A stretch of DNA of 64,000 nucleotides from an uncultured virus (IMG/VR IMGVR_UViG_3300044645_001931) (Duplodnaviria; Heunggongvirae; Uroviricota; Caudoviricetes): the IMG/VR virus record IMGVR_UViG_3300044645_001931; one strand, given 5' to 3'. A program made the translations under genes and the position numbers. Shown here piece after piece: positions 17,704 through 27,650 of this stretch (positions are counted from its first letter, which is position 1; every line of letters begins with the position of its first letter). The notes under the pieces are model-generated. The model saw only the letters and a program-made list of their open reading frames with translations. It made no database searches and was not told where the DNA came from.

Positions 17704-19563
17704 TTAGTGGGTTTCAGCCCATGAGGATCCTACACGAGAGTCGCCTTCGATCTCGCATTGGAACCCAAAGAATTTCTGTGCTTGTGGGAATGCACGCATA
17801 GCTTGATCCCTGATGCGCTCAGTGTGTTGCGGTTTACAAACAATCTGCACTTCATCGTGCACCATCAAGACTTGTTCCCACTCTGCCCCATGGGGCAGAG
17901 ATAGGGCAGACTCAATGTTGTTATGAATGTTAATAACAACTTGTTTCATCAGGATTGCACCTGCTGATTGCAACAACACATTCAATCCCTTGAATGCAGA
18001 ACGACAATACAAGATACGTTTATCTAATCCAATGAGATAGCCACGATGTGCAATGTAACTGTCGATCTGTTGCTTTAGTTTCTTCAATGCTGGCACACCA
18101 GTCATGAATGAATTAATTGCAGTTCTTCCTAGTTCACGCAGAACTTCTTCATCTTTTTCATTCGGATCCACAATGCTGCCAGCCTTGAGGTGACCAGCGC
18201 CATACAACACGGCATACAGCAAACGCTTGCTGATGTCCCTGGTAGCCACACCAAAACGCTCTTGGTTATATACGTGGATATCAATCTCTGGATCTGTTAC
18301 AACACGTGCGTATTCACCGCCATCCCACAAGGCAAGATAGCCAGCAAGACAACGCAGCTCCAATGCTTTGGCATCAATACCGATCATGTCCCATCCTTGT
18401 GGCGCATGAAATAATGACCGACATTCTTTGCCGTATGGCGAATAACCCGCTGGCACCTGACCCATATTTGGGTATCGGTGAGCACAACGACCAGTGACGC
18501 AGCCGTTAGTAATAACGTCACCGTGCATACAACCGCTGTCATTATTAACCAGCTTGAGCCAAGCGTTGTTGCCATCTGCAATTTGACCAAGACGTTTCTG
18601 GATGAGCATGTATTCTGCCAGAGGCTTGGCTTCTGGATAAGGCAAAGCCTCTAACACTTCATCATTAAGGATTGGATTTCCTTTTTCAGTTGTCTTTTCT
18701 GGTTCCCATCCGTACTTAGCCTTAAGTCGATTAACAATCTGGTCACGAGATCCAGGATTGAATTCTTCATGCCGCACTTTTTCAAAGGGCACTCCTTTGA
18801 CATAGCCACGTTTTTGATTGTTGACCTTGGGAGTAAACCAAGTGCGGTGCTCAAGTGGTGGAAAAATTTCTTTTAGATGTGTTTCAAGTTCTGTTTGTTT
18901 TGCTCGGAGATCATCCACAAGATCAAGACATGCATCCACATCAAAAGGAACACCTGCTCTAATTTGTTTGTTAATGGCGAGAGCAAAGTCGTGCTCAAGC
19001 TTGAGAGCTGGTTCTGGATAGTTTTCTTTAACGATGTGCGCCCAAAGTTTTGTTGTAACTGCAACGTCTTGTTTGCAGTATTCCAACATCTCCTCAGAAT
19101 ATTCCGAGAAGTCTTTGAAGCTGATCTTGTGATCGGCCAGTCTCCATCCCCATGCCTTAAGGGATGCAGCACCTCGCTGGTTCGGTGGAACCTGCGGATA
19201 TTGTTCGATGTCAAGGTCATAGAGTTTCTCCTTGGGCCAGATCAATCGTGTGCAGATGAGTGTGTCAATGATGCGTGATTTGCAGTCAAATGAATGCAGC
19301 TTTTGCAGAACTGGTACGTCATAAAAACAAATGTTATGGCCTATCAAAACATCAGCGGTTGCCAGATGAGCAATAGCATCAGTAATGCGATCAGGCCCAT
19401 AACTAAAAGTTTGGTTGGCTGTGATGTCATAGATCACAATGCAATGGATCTTGGTAACCTTGTCATAAAGACCATCACTCTCGAGGTCAAAGACAAGGTA
19501 CCGATCATTTACGGAACCTGGATTCATCTTGAATTGAGAGTTCTTTACAGGCAAGGTCTTCAT
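17704..19563 (-). CDS. polA: Family A DNA polymerase (T7-like) with 3'-5' exonuclease
   Basis: ExoI FDLESDG, motif A DAKALELR, motif B RDISKRLLYAVLYG, motif C VHDE. Confidence 0.95.
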   Translation of the reverse strand: MKTLPVKNSQFKMNPGSVNDRYLVFDLESDGLYDKVTKIHCIVIYDITANQTFSYGPDRITDAIAHLATADVLIGHNICFYDVPVLQKLHSFDCKSRIIDTLICTRLIWPKEKLYDLDIEQYPQVPPNQRGAASLKAWGWRLADHKISFKDFSEYSEEMLEYCKQDVAVTTKLWAHIVKENYPEPALKLEHDFALAINKQIRAGVPFDVDACLDLVDDLRAKQTELETHLKEIFPPLEHRTWFTPKVNNQKRGYVKGVPFEKVRHEEFNPGSRDQIVNRLKAKYGWEPEKTTEKGNPILNDEVLEALPYPEAKPLAEYMLIQKRLGQIADGNNAWLKLVNNDSGCMHGDVITNGCVTGRCAHRYPNMGQVPAGYSPYGKECRSLFHAPQGWDMIGIDAKALELRCLAGYLALWDGGEYARVVTDPEIDIHVYNQERFGVATRDISKRLLYAVLYGAGHLKAGSIVDPNEKDEEVLRELGRTAINSFMTGVPALKKLKQQIDSYIAHRGYLIGLDKRILYCRSAFKGLNVLLQSAGAILMKQVVINIHNNIESALSLPHGAEWEQVLMVHDEVQIVCKPQHTERIRDQAMRAFPQAQKFFGFQCEIEGDSRVGSSWAETH

Positions 19564-19738
19564 CGTTTTCGTTAATCCAAGTCAAGATCTGTTGCGCCCC
19601 TGCCCGATAAGGATGGGAAAAGATCTTGTTCAAAGCTACATCAGAGTCTAGTGGAATGAGTTCAAATTGATTGGCTTCACCGTTAGCGGTGATGGCATGT
19701 GGTGTGCCCCACCGCCAACAAGCAATGACGTAACTCAT
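19505..19738 (-). CDS. Hypothetical protein
   Basis: 77 aa ORF upstream of polA. Confidence 0.6.
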   Translation of the reverse strand: MSYVIACWRWGTPHAITANGEANQFELIPLDSDVALNKIFSHPYRAGAQQILTWINENDEDLACKELSIQDESRFRK

Positions 19739-19801
19739 GGGATCAAATGAAAGACGGATGCATACTATCCGATTTCACTTGATCCGCAAGAGGCTACAGA
19801 T

Positions 19802-20563
19802 TTATTTCCTGTTCTTGGTACTGTAGCCAACAAACTTGCCTTCCTTCTTCCGTTGCGTCAAGGCTTTCATGGCATCAGACCCAGCCCTCTGGGAACCATG
19901 AACCAAGAGTGCGAACGGCTTGTCACCAAGGCAGTGGCTGTCGTCGTGATCAATGCTTAGCCCACGCTCTTGTGCTTCCTCTTCTGTGTAGACCACATAA
20001 GCAATGCGCTGGAACACCTCAGGGTACTTGGGGATCAGGTAGTCAAGAGTCCCACCTTGCGACGCAGTGAGATAGAAGTTAGGTGGGATGATGTCTTTGA
20101 GGTTCAGCCACATGCCAAGCGACTTGGTGTACGCGTAGAACTTTTGATGAGGACGACTTGCTGCAACCATGAACCAAGCCCGCATGTACTGCTCAGTCCA
20201 GAAGTCACCTGCCTCATGGACTCGGACAAGATCTTTCTCCGGTTGAACCATAAGTGAAAGATCAATTAGGTCACGAATCAACATGGCCTGATCACCACCC
20301 ATATACATAACTTCACGCAGCAGATCCCAGTTGTGCCAACGAGCTTCACGTACAGTTGGCCTGGTCTCTGCCATGGCAGCAAAGCAACGATACTCATCTG
20401 CTTCTGTGCCAGTGAACTGAGGTAGGTCCATGATCTTGCCAGTGACACGATCAGCCATGGTCTTACAGACACCAGCGTGTGGACATGCATAGCCCGCTGG
20501 GATGTTGAAGATCAGACGGTTCTTGAGCTTGCCGTTACCTGTGGAAAACTTGAGGAGTTTCAT
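19802..20563 (-). CDS. Gp88-like phage protein
   Basis: GNGKL, CPHAGVC...CFA, RVHEAGDF and YAYTKS motifs. Confidence 0.7.
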   Translation of the reverse strand: MKLLKFSTGNGKLKNRLIFNIPAGYACPHAGVCKTMADRVTGKIMDLPQFTGTEADEYRCFAAMAETRPTVREARWHNWDLLREVMYMGGDQAMLIRDLIDLSLMVQPEKDLVRVHEAGDFWTEQYMRAWFMVAASRPHQKFYAYTKSLGMWLNLKDIIPPNFYLTASQGGTLDYLIPKYPEVFQRIAYVVYTEEEAQERGLSIDHDDSHCLGDKPFALLVHGSQRAGSDAMKALTQRKKEGKFVGYSTKNRK

Positions 20564-20642
20564 GGTGTTGAGTTGAATTGATTGATAAGCGGAGCTTATG
20601 AGTAGTTTAAGGACGTGCTCAGGTCCATCTTCCCGTTCGAAA

Positions 20643-20939
20643 TTATTGCAGTTGACTACAGCCTTTAAAAGGCTCACGTGATAAACGAATTACTATCTGA
20701 TCACCTGAATCAGGAACTTCTGATGGACCCTGGTGCACCAAGATCTCCCATATGTTTCTGTTGATTTTCATAATGGAGTTGCAATAGTTTGTCATCAAGA
20801 CTTCTTTATCTTGCCCTGGTTTATAGGACAAAACTTTTTTGTGAATGCCAAGTGGTTCATCCTGATTGTCTTTCGTGTAGGAAGCAACCCAATAACTAGA
20901 TGAACGTGTGTGTTGTTTGGTGGAGCTAAATCCTTTCAT
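20643..20939 (-). CDS. Hypothetical protein
   Basis: 98 aa ORF. Confidence 0.6.
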   Translation of the reverse strand: MKGFSSTKQHTRSSSYWVASYTKDNQDEPLGIHKKVLSYKPGQDKEVLMTNYCNSIMKINRNIWEILVHQGPSEVPDSGDQIVIRLSREPFKGCSQLQ

Positions 20940-21130
20940 TAGTCTGTAAGTTGTTTTAAAAGTGCATGCATATTTTTATCTTCTGTGCATTTAGCAAGAC
21001 CAGAAAGAACAACGTAGGCTACCCAACCTGGAAACAATAACCCAATAAAACCAAGGACAAAAAGGAAAAATCTTCCTTTGATACCCATTGCTTTGTTGAA
21101 CTCTTTGCAGGTTTCTGAAATAGAGATCAT
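20939..21130 (-). CDS. Small membrane protein
   Basis: Long hydrophobic stretch; AT-rich. Confidence 0.55.
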   Translation of the reverse strand: MISISETCKEFNKAMGIKGRFFLFVLGFIGLLFPGWVAYVVLSGLAKCTEDKNMHALLKQLTD

Positions 21131-21204
21131 GGTTGTGTTACAGGATAAACAACATCATATACATCAATAGTCATATACTTTCCGTATCAATAGATACTAA
21201 AGCC

Positions 21205-21357
21205 ATGACGTTAACGTATCGTGGTTGCAAATACAACCAAGAGGATCAGGCCAAGGCAGACAAGGCATGGTGGAATTTAGCACACCGTCCATGGCTTTGC
21301 CTGACCTACCGTAACATCTGCTACTTTCCTTACGTCACTGGAGGACAAATCAAATGA
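21205..21357 (+). CDS. DUF4278-like small protein
   Basis: MTLTYRGCKY start and a second LTYR, typical of this cyanobacterial family. Confidence 0.6.
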   Translation: MTLTYRGCKYNQEDQAKADKAWWNLAHRPWLCLTYRNICYFPYVTGGQIK

Positions 21358-21582
21358 ACAAGGCACTGATCGTCTACTTGGTGGACAGACGGAAAAAGCT
21401 GGCACGCAAGGATGTGGAGTCCAAGCATGCCGTCACGGAACTGAAGAAGCAAAGTGCTGCAACCTTTTAATTAGGTTGAGGTGTTTTGATATGGAGGCAT
21501 GAGGTCTCCATTCTCATCAATGATGCCAGCTTCCATAAGAAACTGGCGTGCTTGCTCTGGTTCTTTGTATCTCTCAATCAGA

Positions 21583-22224
21583 TCATTGATCTGTTGAGAA
21601 CACAGCCTCTCCGATGATTGGGAATTCTTTGCAGAAGATTCCTTTGATTGCTTCTGCAATTTCTCTGTGTTCGAGTTGGGTTGATTCATGCGTCCTCAGT
21701 TGTAGGTAATGGATCCAAGATCTGATAGTGCCGTTCATGAAGAGACGGGTCTGTGTTGAAAGTGGCAGGATGGACCTGGCACATTCTTTTGCAACGCCGC
21801 TGCTAACCATCTCGCGGTAGAGATGTTCAGCGTCTTCATACAACTTGCTAATGCGGCGGTAATAACCACTGATTGCATCAGCAGACAAATCATCAATACT
21901 GTTTTGACGATTCTTAAAGTCTTGTCGACGCAGATGAGGAATAATAGCTGAGCCAAGTTCACTGGTATCTGCGTAACGTTGACTGAATTCTTGGAACGAG
22001 AATGAACGATGCCTAAGTATTTGCGGTGAGATTGCACGTGTTGTGTTGATTTCAACACACATGTTGGCCATCTCGTACGGTGACCAGTGCTGATGTTTAA
22101 TCAGATAACGCAACAACTTGGGTGCGGTATCCATGTTGTCTTGGTTCTTGGGTGCAGAAACGCGTGCCATGCGCGTGATCATCTCTTCTGCATTGGGCGT
22201 TGCCCAAACAAGTTGTACGTTCAT
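21583..22224 (-). CDS. thyX: Flavin-dependent thymidylate synthase
   Basis: HWSPYE, RHRSFSFQEFSQRY, GVAKECARSILP and HESTQLEHR. Confidence 0.95.
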   Translation of the reverse strand: MNVQLVWATPNAEEMITRMARVSAPKNQDNMDTAPKLLRYLIKHQHWSPYEMANMCVEINTTRAISPQILRHRSFSFQEFSQRYADTSELGSAIIPHLRRQDFKNRQNSIDDLSADAISGYYRRISKLYEDAEHLYREMVSSGVAKECARSILPLSTQTRLFMNGTIRSWIHYLQLRTHESTQLEHREIAEAIKGIFCKEFPIIGEAVFSTDQ

Positions 22225-22430
22225 GAGCACTTAAGGAAGTAATGCCAGCGAGATGTGGGATCAGTGTAACGGATTACTGAACAACCTTCGTACTGATCAA
22301 TGACTTCAAACTTAGAGTTGTTCTTAGGTTCATCAGGTGACAAAAAAATTGCAGCGATTAAACCAGTAGCTGCAAAGGCAAGGATTGTTGCAGAGCAACC
22401 ACGAAGAAATTGAATTTGATTTTCAGTCAT
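22221..22430 (-). CDS. Small membrane-anchored protein
   Basis: N-terminal hydrophobic helix. Confidence 0.55.
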   Translation of the reverse strand: MTENQIQFLRGCSATILAFAATGLIAAIFLSPDEPKNNSKFEVIDQYEGCSVIRYTDPTSRWHYFLKCS

Positions 22431-22431
22431 G

Positions 22432-22731
22432 TCATTCACCAGGAACAAGGACTTCTTTGGTCAGACGTTCTAGCGCTGACACAGGACAGATGCGTGCAGT
22501 GGCATGTTCAGTTGGGCTAGGTAAATGATCCCAACGAACAAGCAAGAACTTTTGGGTAGCACCACGTGAGTTGTTCTTGTAGTTGATGCCAACCACTTCA
22601 CCGTACCGCTGGCTCCTGTACTGAGAGATGCGTTCTCTTGTTTGTTGGTTGTTTGTGTAGATCCCATGGGGTTTGGGACGTTCAGCAACACGGTCACCAA
22701 TCTTGTAATCAAACTGTCGCTTGGTTGTCAT
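22432..22731 (-). CDS. Hypothetical protein (SH3-like pattern)
   Basis: YKIGDRV...GEVVG...LVRWD. Confidence 0.6.
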   Translation of the reverse strand: MTTKRQFDYKIGDRVAERPKPHGIYTNNQQTRERISQYRSQRYGEVVGINYKNNSRGATQKFLLVRWDHLPSPTEHATARICPVSALERLTKEVLVPGE

Positions 22732-23063
22732 TTGATGTTGGTGTAAGTTTTGTAGTTGACAATACGTGAGATTGTACTGCGAGCAGTGTCATAGCGGATT
22801 GCTATCTGACCATTGCTCAATCCTTTCTGATGTAGATGACGAATCATCAATACATCATTGTCAGTTAAGAAGGAGTTTCCATTCCTGGTACCAATAGGTT
22901 TGTAAGCTTTCAATGGAATTGGTTTAGCAACTTCGTACCGTTCAACAGTACGGTACTTGCAACCACAATCAAGACAACGACAATAACGTTTGGTTACATC
23001 AGATCCCAGATGTTCAGTACAAGTAACGCGTGTGTTACTACTGTTGCATTGTCTACAGTTCAT
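22728..23063 (-). CDS. NrdR/Ogr-like Zn ribbon fused to an HTH
   Basis: MNCRQC...RYCRCLDCGCKYRTVE plus GLSNGQIAIRYDTARSTISRI. Confidence 0.65.
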   Translation of the reverse strand: MNCRQCNSSNTRVTCTEHLGSDVTKRYCRCLDCGCKYRTVERYEVAKPIPLKAYKPIGTRNGNSFLTDNDVLMIRHLHQKGLSNGQIAIRYDTARSTISRIVNYKTYTNIK

Positions 23064-23355
23064 CTTCGGTAAGGTTCAATGAATGAAGTAGTTCAAGACA
23101 ATTGACTTCGCCCATGATCTTAAATGCATCTGCAATCAGTTCATGCGATAACGCAGGAAGTTCGTAGTAGTCGTACAAGATTTCTTCTGCACGATCAAAG
23201 TCATCATAAGAACCAGTCAGATGTTGGATCACGGAGCCAGGCATGTTATCAACCAAGGCTGTAACAATTGCTTGTCTCACTTGAGTCCAAGCATGCTCTG
23301 GTATCAATGCAACGGTCTTGTCGACAAGGTCGAGATCAATGGAGTCGTGTGTCAT
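23053..23355 (-). CDS. Hypothetical protein
   Basis: 100 aa acidic ORF. Confidence 0.6.
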   Translation of the reverse strand: MTHDSIDLDLVDKTVALIPEHAWTQVRQAIVTALVDNMPGSVIQHLTGSYDDFDRAEEILYDYYELPALSHELIADAFKIMGEVNCLELLHSLNLTEDEL

Positions 23356-23402
23356 AGAGAAAGACCCCCGCTTGCGCAGGGGCCGAACATTCCGCTAGTA
23401 CC

Positions 23403-23765
23403 TTAGGCAGGATTTGCGTCGGTGTCAATGAACTTGTCATAGAGACCAGCATCTTTAAGGCGCTCAAGCATCCCACACATCATGGTGGCATGGGCTTGCG
23501 TGGTCTCCATGAAGTGCCGTGCTCGTTCTGCTGAGATCACATGGACGTTGCCATTGGGTTCGACGTACTTCCATGAGCCATCGGGCTGTGGCTCACCCTG
23601 GAGCGCAAGCTTCTCAGAGTTACGGACGTACCGCATTTCAAGGTTGTGGTAGTCACGCAGACCTTCGTTGTCGGTCCAGGTAGCACCAATGTTGTAACGC
23701 TTGTCCTCATCTGCATAAGCATGGAACTCAGGGATGATGGACTTAAAAGCAGCAAAGAATTGCAT
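23403..23765 (-). CDS. Hypothetical early protein
   Basis: 120 aa ORF preceded by the hairpin motif and CAACTCAAC leader. Confidence 0.7.
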   Translation of the reverse strand: MQFFAAFKSIIPEFHAYADEDKRYNIGATWTDNEGLRDYHNLEMRYVRNSEKLALQGEPQPDGSWKYVEPNGNVHVISAERARHFMETTQAHATMMCGMLERLKDAGLYDKFIDTDANPA

Positions 23766-23834
23766 GATGTTGAGTTGGAGGTAAGTTGTTAGCCAGGGAC
23801 TTACACTTTAGAGATGCCCAGGTTAATCAAATTT

Positions 23835-24032
23835 TTAAGGCTTTTCAGTTTGAGCAGCAAGCTTAGATAATTTAGAGTCTATGTCATATAAATTAGAGTT
23901 AATCTCTTTCAGTTCAATTGTTATAGCGCTAAGTGAACTTGCAACATCATTTAATACTGCCAGTTCGCATGCAATCATTTTAGCGCTAGCACGAATGCAA
24001 TCACGCAAAAACATTCCTTGATCTTGATTCAT
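23835..24032 (-). CDS. Hypothetical coiled-coil protein; AT-rich
   Basis: 65 aa ORF directly after tRNA-Leu. Confidence 0.5.
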   Translation of the reverse strand: MNQDQGMFLRDCIRASAKMIACELAVLNDVASSLSAITIELKEINSNLYDIDSKLSKLAAQTEKP

Positions 24033-24059
24033 TTTAGTTAAGTAAAAAGTTTAATGGGT

Positions 24060-24135
24060 TGGTAGCCGACCTCGGATTTGAACCGAGACTTGACGGAGCT
24101 TAAATCCGTTGCCTCTGCCGTTGGGCTAGTCGGCC
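24060..24135 (-). tRNA. tRNA-Leu(UAA) with a short variable loop and encoded CCA
   Basis: GGCCGAC...ACGGA-TT TAA GC-TCCGT-CAAGT-CTCGG-TTCAAAT-CCGAG-GTCGGCT-A-CCA. Confidence 0.85.
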
Positions 24136-24335
24136 TCACTTGGACTTACGTCAATTGAATCTGACTGCCAAGTGTGGTCTTGAGGTAGGACTTCCATTCC
24201 GTAAGTCCAGCTATCGTAGTCATCCTCATTACGAGGATCTTCTTCAATCAGGATGTACTGTGGTGAGTTGTCTGTGATGTATTCACCAATGTTGGCCATG
24301 GCCATGGCAAGGAGCTGATCATCGGTGTAGTCCAT
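24126..24335 (-). CDS. Hypothetical acidic protein
   Basis: 69 aa ORF whose end overlaps the tRNA 5' end. Confidence 0.55.
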   Translation of the reverse strand: MDYTDDQLLAMAMANIGEYITDNSPQYILIEEDPRNEDDYDSWTYGMEVLPQDHTWQSDSIDVSPSEAD

Positions 24336-24384
24336 AGGTAAAGAGGCATCCCATTTACGAGGATAGGATGCCCCTGCTGTGGCT

Positions 24385-26100
24385 TCAGCTCTTAGAGCTT
24401 AGCTCATCATTCCGAGATTGCAAGGCCAGCTTGAATGCATTGGAATATCTCTCCTTTTGATCCTCGTCCAATCGCTGGTTGCCAACGCCAGCAATCTGTA
24501 TCACATTCATAACACCCATTGATACATCCAGTTGGATTGTAAAGGTTGGCTTACCATCAATCATGCAGAGCACAATAAAGTGCTTGCGTTTCTTGATGTT
24601 CTCTGCATACTGGGACGCAGAGCCAACACAGTTACGGACAGCTTGCCCCCATTGTGCTAGCTGATGGGTATCAATGGGTTGGAGGAATGTCCAGTCACTG
24701 TCACCCATGTTGACCTTGACAGGTGTAGGGAATAAATCCTGGTGCAGCGATTCTTTCTTGTTAGCTATCTTCCATGCTTCTGCTTGCACATAGTCATGGA
24801 AGTCAGGCATGCGCCAACGCTTAGGTGCTTCGATAGTCTTGTCGTTCTCAAAGATACGCATCATCATTGAGAACGTGTCATTCATCTCATACCATGCATG
24901 GATAATAAAGTCGTGATCAGATAGCGAAGAGATCCGGCGATGCTCTTCATTTGATTTCTCAACATGCTTGCGCATCATATTGAGGAATGATGTAACAGAC
25001 ATGTGCTCACGCAACCAAGTAAGCAAGGTATCGTTGGTACGTAGGTGATTGAGATTAACGACACGCAGTTCTTCAAAGTATGTACGGTAGTGATCAAGTG
25101 GGCAATCAGGCCACACATGATTAATGAAGTAGATAGAGTTTGTCGTTTGTTCAAACTCTTTGTAGCCATACTTGACTGCCTTACGCTGATTGTTCTCAGG
25201 GTTATTGTATTCAGCTACAGATTTGTCAAGCATAAGTTGAAGTTGCTTCTTGATAGAAGGTGCAGTAATAATGTGTTCAATATTCTGTATGGTTATGTAG
25301 GTTGTCGATACATAATTATTCTTAGCTGTCCATGCATTAGCAAGGCTGACCATACCATCAACCGTTAACTTAAACGCTGAACGATCTTCAATGCAGTTTG
25401 TTAATGCAGATGGAAACTCAAGTGCATCAAGAAGACTCTTGCATTTAATGCGCTCAAACATAGAACGACAATCGTCCCATGTTGGAATTGTTTCCATCAA
25501 GGTTTTCTCAAAGCTATTGATTGCGTCATTCATATCACGTGACTTCTGGTAGTAACTAGCTATACCCATGGCACGCCAGTTGCGTGCATCATTACCAGCG
25601 ATAACATCTTCTTTGGTTATAGTACGTGAATATGTAAAGGTTTGTGCGCCACGTCCAATGTTGTGTTCGGTGCACTGATCTTTAGTATTCCAGATGTGAC
25701 GAGGAACTACCTTAGCTGCAGCCGCAGTGTTCTTAAATGCATAGGCATAGCCATAAAGGTAGTCCTCTCCCTTGGCAGGTAACCATGCTGCGTACCAGCA
25801 TTGCTCGAAGTGATAGAGAACTGCAATGGTAATCGTACGTGCTTGTGGTGTAGCAATATCAACAACCTTGGTAAAGCGGTGATAACGCTCAGATACACCT
25901 GATGCATTGATGCGATCAATCGCATCTTGTTGATAGCCAGCACGTACCACATTCTCAGGGATAAGATGTGGAATATTACCCAGTGGATACTTAGCTTTCT
26001 TCGTAGTCTTCTTAGGTTCCTGCTCTTTGACCAAAGCCTTGAGCTTTGGATCGTAGGCAAGCAGTTCTTGTTGCAGGTTGGAGGGGAGTTGGAAGTACAT
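24385..26100 (-). CDS. PcfJ-like domain protein
   Basis: C-terminal FHD...LAQWGQAVRNCVGS...FTIQL...IQIAGVGN. Confidence 0.75.
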   Translation of the reverse strand: MYFQLPSNLQQELLAYDPKLKALVKEQEPKKTTKKAKYPLGNIPHLIPENVVRAGYQQDAIDRINASGVSERYHRFTKVVDIATPQARTITIAVLYHFEQCWYAAWLPAKGEDYLYGYAYAFKNTAAAAKVVPRHIWNTKDQCTEHNIGRGAQTFTYSRTITKEDVIAGNDARNWRAMGIASYYQKSRDMNDAINSFEKTLMETIPTWDDCRSMFERIKCKSLLDALEFPSALTNCIEDRSAFKLTVDGMVSLANAWTAKNNYVSTTYITIQNIEHIITAPSIKKQLQLMLDKSVAEYNNPENNQRKAVKYGYKEFEQTTNSIYFINHVWPDCPLDHYRTYFEELRVVNLNHLRTNDTLLTWLREHMSVTSFLNMMRKHVEKSNEEHRRISSLSDHDFIIHAWYEMNDTFSMMMRIFENDKTIEAPKRWRMPDFHDYVQAEAWKIANKKESLHQDLFPTPVKVNMGDSDWTFLQPIDTHQLAQWGQAVRNCVGSASQYAENIKKRKHFIVLCMIDGKPTFTIQLDVSMGVMNVIQIAGVGNQRLDEDQKERYSNAFKLALQSRNDELSSKS

Positions 26101-26158
26101 AATGAAGTTGGAGTTGAGTTGAGTATAGGTAGTTTAACGTCATGCCCAGGACGGTTGA

Positions 26159-26410
26159 TTAGCGGATCTCTTTTAACTGACGCAAGAGTTCTTCGTCAGT
26201 CTCATCACCTTCCCATGGACCAATGCGTTGGTCGCAGCAATAAGTACCGTACTTCACGTCATCATCGTTAATGATATTGTGAAGACTGACACTGCGTCCA
26301 TTAGCAAAGACTGGCATGCGTTTAGCAAAGCCAGTTGCCAAATACACTCGACCCTTGGGACCACGCAGTACAAAGTACCAGCGTTTGAATTCAATTGAGA
26401 AGCCAATCAT
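26159..26410 (-). CDS. Hypothetical protein
   Basis: Coupled ORF. Confidence 0.55.
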   Translation of the reverse strand: MIGFSIEFKRWYFVLRGPKGRVYLATGFAKRMPVFANGRSVSLHNIINDDDVKYGTYCCDQRIGPWEGDETDEELLRQLKEIR

Positions 26411-26658
26411 TCGTAATCACTCAGATCGAGTAGTTGCCAGAGAGGATCGAGTTGATCAAGATAGCTGCAGAAGCCATCTTCGTCAAGAGGAATCGGTTCC
26501 TCTGGATCCAACTCAATAGTTGTTGTGCACAATGCAGGAGCCCACTCTTCAGGGTCGAAGCGAGTCGCCCGATAGAGCAGGCGCATGTCGTCAACAACTG
26601 CTGTAACTGTGACATGAGTTTGTGTGAAGTAAGTATCTTCGATTGCAAGGACTGTCAT
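26407..26658 (-). CDS. Hypothetical protein
   Basis: VTAVVDDMRL..RAT.FDPEEWAPALC. Confidence 0.6.
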   Translation of the reverse strand: MTVLAIEDTYFTQTHVTVTAVVDDMRLLYRATRFDPEEWAPALCTTTIELDPEEPIPLDEDGFCSYLDQLDPLWQLLDLSDYE

Positions 26659-26843
26659 CAGTTGTCCTCCACGTAGGAATGGTGGGTGGTTTTGATGAGG
26701 CGGTACTTCATCCACAGACGTGCTGTGTCGTACTCGCCATTGAATCGTGTTTCATCTAAAACATTTGCACTTGCTCTGCGCTTTGCGCAGTCAGCAAGAT
26801 TGATGCGATCAAACATGTTGAGATAGTCGACGTAAGCAGACAT
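26658..26843 (-). CDS. Hypothetical protein
   Basis: Start MSAYVDY follows the leader motif. Confidence 0.55.
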   Translation of the reverse strand: MSAYVDYLNMFDRINLADCAKRRASANVLDETRFNGEYDTARLWMKYRLIKTTHHSYVEDN

Positions 26844-26903
26844 GAGTTGAGTTGAATTGGTGGACAAGACCTGGGACTTACACCGTAAGGATGCCCAGGA
26901 TCT

Positions 26904-27101
26904 TTAGATTAACTTAATGTTTGGGATGCTCAAGCCTGTGCCAGGGATACTGACTGATCCTTTGACGCCATTGGGACTGGCGTTGACAGTCAGTTGGAAT
27001 GGTCCAAGCTTGATCTGTTTACTTACTGACTTGATACCATGTTCAGTGATGTTCACACCATGAATGGTGCGATCAAAACTAATGGGAGATTTCTTGGTCA
27101 C
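26904..27101 (-). CDS. DUF4236-like small protein
   Basis: GVKGSVSIPGTGLS motif. Confidence 0.55.
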   Translation of the reverse strand: MTKKSPISFDRTIHGVNITEHGIKSVSKQIKLGPFQLTVNASPNGVKGSVSIPGTGLSIPNIKLI

Positions 27102-27441
27102 TTGATAATTTTCCGTGGATTTTTAAATGACATTCTTTGCATAGAGGTTCTACCCATAGTGGGTAGTCATAGTTGGGGTGATGGTATTCTTCTGCATGTT
27201 TATCACAATCTGTGCATAAAAATACAGAAGGACGAGGCCAAGTGCCTCGTCTGATCCTAGCTCCAATCCTGTCGCTTGCTCTATATCTTTTAGAGGCTTC
27301 AGGATCTTTACGTTTGTGATCAGGATTAGCACTCTTCCACAATCGTTTCTGCTCTCTTAATCTTTCACGATTTTCGATCGCATATTTACGATTGTATTCT
27401 TTGTGATAAGCTTTACGCTTATCAAGATCTTTGTGTGGCAT
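27079..27441 (-). CDS. HNH-like endonuclease; AT-rich
   Basis: CTDC...EYHHPNYDYPL.VEPLCKECHLKIH. Confidence 0.7.
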   Translation of the reverse strand: MPHKDLDKRKAYHKEYNRKYAIENRERLREQKRLWKSANPDHKRKDPEASKRYRASDRIGARIRRGTWPRPSVFLCTDCDKHAEEYHHPNYDYPLWVEPLCKECHLKIHGKLSSDQEISH

Positions 27442-27650
27442 TACTTCAAATCTTCAGGAGTCAATAGTTCAGCATCTTCAGGAGAAAGATTAGTCATAAT
27501 GAATTTTTCACCTGAGGGGGATATAAAGCCCCCGATGAAACCAATACCATGTTTCTCAGCTGATTCTTTCATCTTGGCTACAAGCTGCATAGCTTGAAGA
27601 CGTTGGATGTCAATTGAATCAGGAATGCGAGGAGTGTTTGAGTTTGTCAT
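27441..27650 (-). CDS. Hypothetical protein
   Basis: 69 aa ORF with the leader motif. Confidence 0.6.
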   Translation of the reverse strand: MTNSNTPRIPDSIDIQRLQAMQLVAKMKESAEKHGIGFIGGFISPSGEKFIMTNLSPEDAELLTPEDLK

